This document shows positions 39,461 through 49,751 of a stretch of DNA of 64,000 nt, piece after piece. The notes below the pieces were generated by a model. It was given only the letters and a program-made list of their open reading frames with translations, was not told the DNA's origin and did not search any database. Both the position numbers and the translations under genes were made by a program. This stretch comes from Selaginella moellendorffii (lineage: Eukaryota > Plantae > Lycopodiophyta): contig NW_003314388.1 in assembly GCF_000143415.4 (NCBI RefSeq), positions 124,001 to 188,000 of the forward strand, in the 5' to 3' direction. How positions within the stretch are numbered: position 1 is the first letter of the stretch; the number at the start of each line of letters is the position of its first letter.

Positions 39461-42400
39461 ACTTCGGACTCCATCTCGGACTCCACCTCGGACTCCATCT
39501 CGGACTCCATCTCGGACTCCATCTCGGACTCCATCTCGGACTCCATCTCGGACTCCATCTCGGGTCCATCTCGGGTCCATCTCGGACTCCATCTCGGACT
39601 CCATCTCGGGTCCATCTCGGACTCCATCTCGGGTCCATCTCGGACTCCATCTCGGACTCCATTTTGGGTCCATCTCGGGTCCACCTCGGACTCCATCTCG
39701 GACTCCATCTCGGACTCCATCTCGGGTCCATCTCGGACTCCACTTCGGACTCCAGCTCGGGTCCATCTCGGGTCCACCTCGGACTCCATCTCGGACTCGA
39801 CTTTGGACTCCAACTCGGGTCCATCTCAGGTCCACCTCGGACTCCACTTCGGACTCCATCTCGGACTCCACTTCGGACTCCAACTCGGGTCCATCTCGAG
39901 TCCACCTCGGACTCCACTTCGGACTCCATCTCGGACACTCCCACGTGTCATGTGTTGGTCCTTTTGGGTCCCTTTTTGGAGCCTCGCCTTTTGCTCGCTT
40001 CGTGCTCGTTCCTCGAGCACTTCGTTGGGAGTTCCACTCCCGCTCTTGACTTCTCAAGTCGGAGCTTTTGGTCCAAACGTGTTACGCTCGTTTGGCTCTC
40101 GCTTCGGCCACTACCATGTGGCGCCCTTCCGGCTCCACTTTGGGGCCTAGGGATTTTGTGTCTCACACCTAAATTCCACACCATGCTAGTTGGTGGAGTA
40201 CCCATGTCCTCGTGTTAGGCCACCGGTATGCTGAAATAGTGCCAGACTTTGTTTGGCTCTGTTTTGTGTGTTAGTCCTAGCATTGGGATGTTGGATACTC
40301 TAGGACTGTTCCAAGTCGCTCTGTGCCCCTATCCCTTCGCTCCTTGGGTTGCATGCTTGGGAGTTGCTGTATGGTCTGGTTCCATCACTCTTTAGCTCCA
40401 TACTTGGGAGTTTGGCACCGTTCCTTCATTCAGTGGCCCAAGGCCCTGAACCTCGGGTTCCACACCACTGTCTTATGAACACGTGGCATGTGACACATGG
40501 CATATGACACATGGCACATGGAGGGTTTAGGTTCTGCTTCATGGTGTTATCCTAATGTAAATCACCATAGAATAAAGGGTAAAAACTACATGCGCTACAT
40601 TTGGTATTAGAGGATGAGGTTCAGTGAGTACTATCCAATGAAATTGGGCAACTAATCTCATTGCATGCTCAGAGATGAAATCGATGATCCGAGTGGGTAC
40701 ATGTTTGGGTGCAAAGGCTTTGCATTCGTTCCTTGGGTATGGATTTTAGTTACCTTGTTGTACCTTATGATGTGAGCTTGCTCTTGGGCTCATAAGATGA
40801 ATTTGAGTTGTTCTATTTGCACGAGTTTGCGCTTGGGCTTGTGAGTGAGGCACATTAGCAATTCAAGGTTACATTTTGAGTTGGCAGGATTAATGTTAAC
40901 CTATTGGTGGTTCCATGAGTTGTTCCAATGGTTTCATGAGTTGTTCTTTGTACCATGGGAGAAAGTAAACTTTCCCTAGGTTTGCTATGAGTGGCAAATA
41001 GGCTAGTTTGCAGCTGTTTAGCATGGCACTAGTGGATCTTTCCTAGGCATGATTACAAGTGAATCAATCAAACTATAGGAATTAGTCTATTTGTTCAAGT
41101 AATCATTGCCATGCTCTCTCATAAACTTTTCTTGGATTGGACTAAAAGCAGTGCAATAGCAAGCTTGAGGTTTAGTCAAAGATGAGACCGAAAAGAAAAT
41201 TGTCAGGGACAAAGGATTAAACATATAAATCATCTTCTCTTTTAGAGAGATAATTTGTAACGAGGTGTTAACTCATTGCTCATATTCATATCATGCAATC
41301 AAAAGTCCCTACCTTGATGCATGTTGGTTATGATGGTCCTTGAAATGGTGAATCATGGGATGAATAGTGGTGAAGCGCTAAACCATTTTGTCTAGGCTTG
41401 TTATTGGAAGACTTGGGTTACAATGCTCAATTCTTTTCTGGGGAACTTTGCTATTACTCCTTGAGTAGTTTAGTGTGGATTAGTTTTGACTTTGGTCGGA
41501 AAGAGAATGGCATGAGCTTATCTGTGTTGTGAACTAAAGTTAGTGGTGTTGGGTGTTAGAAGTCTCTATCGGTAGAGTGTGGCATTTATGTTGCATTTTG
41601 TCGAATCAAGTTGGCACTTGATATAAACCTTTGAAATAATGACATGGGTGTTGCTCGTGATGTTACTCAATTGATGATCAAGTCATTGTGATTTTCATAT
41701 CATATCCATGTGATAGTGAGCAATGTGTTTACGAAGTTGCTTGATTAAATGATGATCAACCCCAAAGTGGTTGATGGTGAAGCTAGTCTACTTGCATGAA
41801 GTAGCATTATGGTAGCTTTGACTGGATTCTCGATGGTGGTCCATTATGCTAAGTTTATGTTAGTACCTTGTTCTTTGAGAGTTTGCCCATTGAGGTGTTG
41901 AAAAGGGTTATAGCATTCACTTGTTATAACTTGTTTATTGATCCGTTAGCACTTAGAATAAATTGTTGGATGGAAAAAGTGTGTAGTTAGGGCATTGACA
42001 TCACTAGCACTTGTGTTAGTGGAAATGACATTGTTATTCAAGTGATGAGGGATTTTCCTTAGAGTTTGATTTTCCATGTCATTTTTCCTTGTTAGTGTTT
42101 TGGCTTCACATTGGATCTTGAAGGTGGTTGAAGAAGAGTGTTAGTGTAATGTGAATATCTAAATATATAGTCTTCATGATCAAGTATTGGATGTTCATTT
42201 AACACTTTGCAGATGTTGGTGTTGGATTCAGAAAATGGGCAAAGTTGTTCAATGCTTAAACATACTGTGGGTCATGAGAATTTGTGTTGAGGTGAATATA
42301 TGTGAAATTGTTAGTAGGAGGAAGTTGGTTGAGTTTTGAAAGTTTGCATTCCTGGATTGAGAGTCATTCTTTCTTTGGGAGGGAAAATTTTCCATAAATT

Positions 42401-45400
42401 TTCTTAAACTTTTCCAATGGCTAATTTGTTAATCATTTTGCTTGAAAACCATTCCATTTTCGTAAGCCAATACAAACTAGTGAAGGGGTTGGAGTTGACT
42501 CCAATTGGCTTAAACCTTAGTAGGTAATTTGTATGATATGACACGAAAAGGGATGCTAACTTTTTAGGGCTAAGATAATTGAGTTGGATAGAGTCTGGAG
42601 TTGGTGTAGAAAAGTGGCCGTTGCACTTTTCTAAGAAGGGTGACCTTTGTGCCTTTCTTCTATAGCGTTATATTTGGTGGCAGGTTGCAGTTTGCATTTC
42701 GTTAAAACTCTATGAGAGTAGTGAGCTCTCACTAATCTCGACTTAGCCTTGGTAGCCCTACACCTTGGCTAAGGATGGTGATATCCAACTTAGTTGTTTG
42801 AGTTTGAGATGTTAGTACCCATACTATAGCTTTGTCTATGCAAAGGTTATGTACCGATATAAGTCCATCTCATAGTCTTCACTTTAGTTTTGGCTGAGTA
42901 TTGATCATACATAGCTAGCCTCTTCAAGGCATGCTCAGAGCTATTGACTAAATGTGTTGGTGAGCTTATCGCGGTTGAGTTGGATTCGAGTGGTCATTTA
43001 GTTCATGCTTGTCCATGAACCTTTATCTTATACTTGGGGTATTACATTCATGTTGGACAAGTGTATAATTTGATGATATGAGTTTAGTGTTGGGTCTTGT
43101 GAAGGCAAGTTGAAGGGTGGTTGCTTTGCGACTAGTGATTATTTATTGACTTCGTCGAAGACTATGACACTTGTTTTGCTCGATGATGATTTAGCAGTGA
43201 TAAGCTTGCTTTACCGGATAGTTTTGCGGAGGATCGTGTTGTTAAACAGACATGGGTTTTCTATGTTGGCATGTCAACTCTACCTTAGTCAATATCATTT
43301 AGTTGCATTTAGTTCATAGTGTTGGATTTCATTTAATCTTGAACATGGTGATTCACTCCTTGAGGAAGTGTTATCTATAACTGAGTTTTGCTGAAGGATT
43401 AATTTCAAATACTAAATAAAGTATTTTCAACCTTGGTTATCTTAGTTGCTAGAGAGTTTTGAGTAGTGATTCACTTGAGCTTTCTTTTAGCTTTGTTATG
43501 GTGTTGATGGCATTGAAGTGATGCCTTGTCGTTGACATAGTTAATGTTGAGATTTGAGTGAAATGAGATATCTCTCTGAAAGATTGATATTGAGTTTCAT
43601 TAGTCTTGATAGAGATAGTGTTGATGATTTAGTTGTAACTTTGCGTTATTAGCATTCGTGCATTTGCTAGTTAGCAACTATATTGACATTTAAACAAGCT
43701 AAGTGGCAAGTTAAATTAGTTGTGTTCTAGACAATTGCTTAGTCGAGGTTGAGTTTTAGGCTTTTCCTTGAAAAGTGATTTAGTCGTAGACTATGCTAAC
43801 TCTACAAGAAAAAGAGTTAGTGATTAATATTGAAATGTTTGAATCCTTGTTAGATTTGAATTGGGATATATTGACCATTGATGATTCTTCTTATGCTTGT
43901 TATGAAGTGAGTTACGTTTTGTTATAGATGGATTCATGAAAGATCATTTAGTGTTCACTTGTTGAGTATAGTTTCATTGTGTTTGGCTTTTGGATTGATA
44001 CAAATATGCTCTTCATTAGCTTTGCATTATGAAGTTTAGCTTATAAATGTGTTGAGGAGGATATTATGGACTATGCCATGATTTCTTCTTTAGCATTGAA
44101 GTTAGTTTATGTAAAACTTGTGATCATTATTAAGCAAGACTTAGTTATAGGATTTTTCAAGCTTTTGGTTCCTTGAGTTTTCATGTTTATAGTCCATTTG
44201 TTAGAAGTTGTTAGAGAAGGCATTTTTGGCTTATTAGCTTCAATATTGAAATTAGTATTTGCATCTAGCAATCATTGATAATGATTAATTATCATCTTGG
44301 GATAATTGATTGTTCTCATTAAAAAAAATATATTTATTTAGTTGTTGTTGATGTAAATTAATGTGCCATTCTTTGGGATGGTGGATTTTTTCTTCAATGA
44401 TGATTATGTATTGCTCTTTTAATGGGAGGATTGATCTTTTATTATAGTTAGTTATGCTATTTGATGGCTTGTGGCTTTTCGCAATACCACATATATTTTG
44501 TGGTTTACTCTGGATTGGTCTTTTGGGTTTGAGACATCAGTAGGATGTTACTGACATTTGCTTGAGCAACTCTAGTTCCTTAGTAATATTGGCCGGGATC
44601 TATTTCAATTGACTAGTGCGATAATTGGCATGAACGAGTGTTTGTTAGTCTTACCACATTCATTTAGTATTGTTGATTGTTCCTCAAGTTAGATCTAATT
44701 GATTTGGATGTTATTTCCTTCAAGTGATACATTTACAAGCATCTTGCTTGCTAGTCAATGATACTTTGTGTTCTTTGAGTTATCTTTGGTAAGTTTTTTG
44801 GCATACTGTCTGCAATCTTTGATAGTTAAGGTTTATCATTGACTTTTCTTGATGATAGTTTGGCTATAAAATTTTGTTGGCTAGTGAATCCTATGTTTTC
44901 CAACTATAATGCTCTTAGTGGTTCCTATACTATCATATTAGTTTATCAGATGATAATTTACTTGGAATACTTTTGTGTTCTAATCTAAGATATATTCATT
45001 GATAATTAACACTCTAAGATATCATTGTCTATGACTTTGATATTGTCCATATATTGATCTTTGAGTTTGGGCTAGTATAGGCAAATTGGTTTCAGCACTT
45101 CATGTGTATGGTGAAATCTTTAGTTATGGGGTAGTTACTATTGACTGATCACATCACCCGCCTCTTTGTTGATGTTCCTTATTCCGTTGAAAGGGCGTGA
45201 CTGTGTAAACAACTCTAATTACCTGTTTACAGTAGTCTATCTAAACCTTACCAATGGGTTTGGTTTCTTTGTTCATGAGGGTTGGGGCCTCTGGCTTCTC
45301 TCTCTATGTCCCTGCAAGCAAGCGCATATCACACTTTTGTAAGCTGGGTGACAACTAGAGCAGCAAGGGTGGCAAACTCCGTTGGTTATTTCCTTGTCGC

Positions 45401-46588
45401 TGACGGCCAGAAGGTGTCTGAGTGGGTAGCGCATTTGCGTTAGACAAAGAGGTTGTCTCCTAACTCATTTAAGTTGGTGCATTTCTCACATAATGTGAGT
45501 ACCATGAAATTTTTCTGGAGTTGTTTCCTTGGCAGTATTCTAGACTCGAGTATGCATCGACGAGGATGTCGATATTCCCTAGGGGGGGAGAGTGTCACGA
45601 ATGTGACTTCGGGTATCAAAAGTTACCTGTCGGCTAGTCCTTACGGACACTCTTTCCTTACTACCACGATGGCAGGAGGTCGGTATTGCTGGTTCTCTTT
45701 TAGTAAACTGGGCTTGGCACCTATACTTAGCTAGATGGACATAAGGTGGAAACTCCTATGTGTTTCTAGCTGAGCATACTCGGTCTGGCTCTTAGTTCTC
45801 TTTTGCTTTGTCTTGCACTAGCTTGATAAAAACCTCATTTCGGTCCTAAATGCTATTTATGGAAAGTGTCTAGATCTGCTCATTTGGCATATCTACAAAA
45901 TGTAGAGATTGGTTTGAACACAATGGTGTTCATCCTATGTCCAAATTCGCAATATAGCGCCATTCCATAGTTAGTAAGTTTTTAGTTTGTCCCAGAGACT
46001 AACTCCTGATACTAAGGGAAGCTTGGGGTGAAAGCCTAAAGTGTGTGTTCCTCAAGGGGGGGGGGGGGGTAAGTCGGGCATGGCCGACCAACTTGAGGCA
46101 TGGTCTAGCTCCTGTTTGCATACCTGTCCTTGTTCTGCATCCGGCTTGGGTCTAAGCCTAAGTTCCACACCATGCTAGCTGGTGGAGTACCCATGTCCTC
46201 GTGTTAGGCCACCGGTATGCTGAAATAGTGCCAGACTTTGTTTGGCTCTGTTTTGTGTGTTAGTCCTAGCATTGGGATGTTGGATACTCTAGGACTGTTC
46301 CAAGTCGCTCTGTGCCCCTGTCCCTTCACTCCTTGGGTTGCATGCTTGGGAGTTGCTGTATGGTCTAGTTCCATCACTCTTTAGCTCCATACTTGGGAGT
46401 TTGGCATCGTTCCTTCGTTCAGTGGCCCAAGGCCCTGAACCTCGGGTTCCACACCACTGTCTTATAAACACGTGGCATGTGACACATGGCATATGACACG
46501 TGGCATATGGAGGGTTTAGGTTCTGCTTCATGGTGTTATCCTAATGTAAATCACCATAGGATAAAGGGTATAAACCACATGCACTACA

Positions 46589-47267
46589 TTTCTCTGATAC
46601 CAACTATAGTGCACTTTATCTCTCTCCCCTTAAACCAACTGGAAAAGGGGCAATTGCTTGATAAGAGAGCCCTTAGTGGCTATTTTATCCCCATTTATCC
46701 CCCAAGGTTCTAAGGATCCACGGTGACAGTATATCCAAATCTCATCCCATGATAATATGCGCTACACTCACCCCTCTTTAGAAATGTTAATGTCTTTATT
46801 GACTATTAACTAACAACCCCTACTGAGCCAAGGGGAACCAACACCTCCATTTCTGCATTGAATCTACCAATCCTTCCATTATATAGACCAGTTATTCCAT
46901 GTGAGGCAACTAGTCATTCACTTGTACTGCAGTCCCACAGTGGATACCTTCGTCCGTGGATACTCCAAGGACATACGCATAAATGCCTAATATGTATGAT
47001 TTCAAATTTAGAGGTAGGAATATACCTTGCTCAAGGGTATATTATATTTTTAAATAGCCACTAATCAATGGGAATTGAACCCGTGCCATTTTCTCTGATA
47101 CTAACTGTAGCACACCTTATCTCTCTCCCTTTAAGCCAATTGAAAAAGGGGCAATTGCATGATGAGAGAGCCCTTAGTGGCTATTTTATCCCCATTTATC
47201 CCCCAAGGTTCCAAAGATCCATGATGACAGTACATCCAAATCTCATCCCATGATGATATGCGCTACA
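46589..47267 (-). mobile_element. TRIM F: 162-bp LTRs, no 5S block, with the start of a further tandem unit
   Basis: LTRs at 47106-47267 and 46605-46766. PBS T(A/G)GTATCAGAG follows each LTR on the minus strand. PPT AAAGAGGGGTGAG at 46779-46767. Confidence 0.88.
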
Positions 47268-49156
47268 CTAGTTCCTTCGGGAGATCGAATGGTTGATGCT
47301 CCCAGTCCAAGTATGGGTGGCACTACTTACTTGGATACCTGGCGTGGCTCAACAGAACCTCGCTCTAAGCCCATAGCTAAAACACCCAAAGGTAGAAAGT
47401 AGGGAGAATACCCACAAGGCTCGCGTAAGGCCACGGTGTTCCGAAATGTTGTTTCAAAGTCCCAGATTGTAGAATGGAAAAGGAGTAGTCCTCTGGTGTG
47501 GTGACCAAGGATACGGTCATGTCGTGAAAAAGTCCTAAAGGACAGTGGGACTTAGTGGTCGGGCTTATGGGCCTTGTCCCAGTGGTAGTGTAGGCAAACT
47601 CGGCCATGGACAGAAAAGGGACTTGGTGGGGACTGTAAAAAGAATATTGGGAAAGGCAATTTCCCATGTCTACAGGCATCTTAAGGATGCTAAGGAGTGG
47701 ATCTTGGATGGTCACTCCTGGATGGATGGCCCAGTCGTTGAGAGATGGGACTGCGATGCATGTGGTGTTGGACCATCGGTGTGACCAAGGTAAAGGGGTA
47801 TGGCCTTAGCGTAACGGGCTGGTATGTTAGTGGTACTTTGGGGTGTCGGTCTTGGGACTGGACACTTGGACCAAGTGTAAAGGATGAGTGGCATGGATGT
47901 CATTCTCGGGGCTAGCAAGTCCCAAGTCCTGAATCAAACTTGAGGAGGTTGTGAATGAGACTCCTCCAAGTGGTTGAAGGTGTGGTTAAGTGATTAAAGT
48001 AGAATGGAAAAATTAGTCGCTTACAGATGATTTACCATACGATAACAATATAAAGTGGAACCTAAACCCTCTATGTGCCACGTGTTATATGCCACGTGTC
48101 ACATGCCACATGTCCATAGGATAGTGGTGTGGAACCCGAGGTTCAAGGCTTTAGGCCACTAAATGAAGGAACGGTGCCAAAGCCCCAAACATGGAGCCAA
48201 GGAGTGAGCAAGCTTGAGGTTTAGTTAAAGTTAAGATCGAAAAGAGTGTCTGTAAGGATTGGTTGATAGGTAACTTTCGATACCCGAAGTCATATTTGTG
48301 ACAGACTTGTACATACACTTATTCCAACCACCTTTGACGATGCTCTTTATTTGGCACATTATTATAAAACATTGCTTCTTTCACTTCTCACTATACGTCC
48401 TTCAACTCCACTTCTTATGGGAGATGGTTCTGTTTCAATGGAGGTTGATGCTGCTATTGCCTAAGTTCAAGAACAAGAGTAAAGACATGGTCATGGCCGT
48501 GATGTCCACTATTGGGTGTGTGATTAAATTAGTCACACTTGTTAGCATTTTCTAGATTGGCAATCTTAATTTCCTGAGTGGAGACCTTGGTGTCAACAAT
48601 GTCCTATTGGTGCTACTGTAGTGAAGGTTTGGACACCGAGATGCTTTTAAGAAACAAGGAGTCATGTAAGTAGCGAAAGGACCTTGTGCAAATAAGTTAG
48701 TGATTTCTTCATATTTCTTTTGAAAGTATTATCAAAGGGTTCACTTGGCATTAGTTCATGTAATGTTTGCCACATGTTGTTGTCTACATTTGCATCATAT
48801 GGCAAAACCAGTTTTCATTCTTTATGGTAATGGCCATACACACACATATGTGAATTTGGTTATATGTGGGCAATTTCAAGCTTGAGTTGCAGCTATTGTG
48901 GGTGGTGTCGAATCAAGCTTTTGACCTCATCCTTGGTATGAATTAGTTACAACATCATCATGCCAAGTGTGATTTTGAGGCTTCTCCCCCTTGTTTTATA
49001 CTTCATTATTTTTTTTCCATTCTTCTCATTTCTATTTTTTTTTTGTCCTTTTGGTTTTACTTTATTTCCCCATTACTTTTTTCTATATTTCCATCTTATT
49101 CTTCTCTTCCCTTTTTTGTTCCTTCCAATGCTCTTTGTGTTTCAACAGTTGACCGC

Positions 49157-49751
49157 TGTAAGCAACCAAAGAGAACGACTTGAGAGACGATCCATATGGG
49201 TTCAAATATAGAGAGAAAGGGCCCATGAACAAGAGTGCACCCCTTTTTCCAATCGGTTAAGGGTCTTGGGATATTTGGGGTTAAGCGTTCTTGGGTTTGA
49301 ATAATACTGGGTTGGGTGACCTCCCAGAAAGTCCAAACTCATGACCTTACATTTGGTATCGGAGCGGTCTCGGGTCCGACTTTGTTGATTGGCTAAGGGA
49401 GTCACACCACATGTTGATTGACATCTGGCTGGTCTAGTTTGCTCCTGCTGGGCTCGACCCAAGGGGTAGGGTGTCAAGAGAGCAAGGCTCTTGGGAGAGC
49501 TGCGGCTCTCAGCTTCCATTCACGAGGGCATGAACTTGCAGGGAAGCGTGGTGGATTGTAAGCAACCAAAGAGAACGACTTGAGAGACGATCTATAGGGG
49601 TTCAAATATAGAGGGAAAGGGCCCATGAACAAGAGTGCACCCCCTTTTCCAATTGGTTAAGGGTCTTGGGATACTTGGGGTTAAGTGTTCTTGGGTTTGA
49701 ATAGTACTGGGTTGGGTGACCTCCCAGGAAGTCCAAACTCAGGACCTTACA
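49157..49751 (+). mobile_element. Complete Cassandra-type TRIM (595 bp) with 5S rRNA-derived Pol III promoter block in each LTR
   Basis: 195-bp LTRs at 49157-49351 and 49557-49751 (TGTAAG...CTTACA). PBS TGGTATCGGAGC. PPT GGGAAGCGTGGTGGAT. TSD ACCGC/ATCGC. 5S-like GTTAAGCG...TAGTACTGGGTTGGGTGACCTCCCAGGAAGTCC. Confidence 0.93.

Larger units (their letters stand above)
31934..40167 (-). mobile_element. Element A: young non-autonomous (LARD-like) family-1 LTR retroelement, 8.2 kb
   Basis: 1868-bp LTRs at 31934-33801 and 38300-40167, with about 7 substitutions seen by eye. TG..CA ends and perfect TSD CCTAA. tRNA-iMet-type PBS TGGTATCGGAGC at 38296-38285. PPT GGGTGGTGGAGT at 33813-33802. No intact gag/pol. 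Confidence 0.95.
30081..46588 (+). mobile_element. Element E: family-2 LTR retroelement with a decayed ~5-kb internal region
   Basis: 5' LTR at 30081-31933 + 40173-40599 (TGTCGCGAATG...GCGCTACA). PBS TGGTATTAGAG at ~40602. [15 protein letters not shown] at 45581-45592. 3' LTR at 45593-46588 with a ~1.3-kb internal deletion. No long ORF. Confidence 0.88.
27233..48025 (+). mobile_element. Element C: older solo LTR of family 1, in three pieces (27233-27776, 29837-30080, 47268-48025)
   Basis: TGTGAGAC...GTCGCTTACA termini. TSD GGTGA/GATGA. The pieces rejoin collinearly with the intact family-1 LTR. Confidence 0.85.
27195..48303 (-). mobile_element. Element D: internally deleted solo LTR of family 2, the outermost layer of the nest
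   Basis: Begins TGTAGTGCATG (27195) and ends TGTGACA (48303), the reverse complement of the element E LTR termini. Perfect 5-bp TSD GACTT. Confidence 0.85.
26700..48900 (-). mobile_element. Possible highly decayed DNA-transposon (hAT-like) host sequence, split by the LTR nest (26700-27194 and 48304-48900)
   Basis: The flanks rejoin across TSD GACTT. Only weak, stop-riddled peptide hints (FASTYLAL, HVFTLVLE). Confidence 0.25.

Noticed and set aside
27327-40218. Many 250-400-aa ORFs with SD, RS, GL and WSPR repeats
   Set aside because: They arise from stop-poor 6/12-mer arrays inside LTRs and are open on both strands. No domain evidence.
49280-49334. 5S rRNA gene
   Set aside because: Only ~55 nt of the internal control region, embedded in LTRs. 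The 5' half and terminator are absent.
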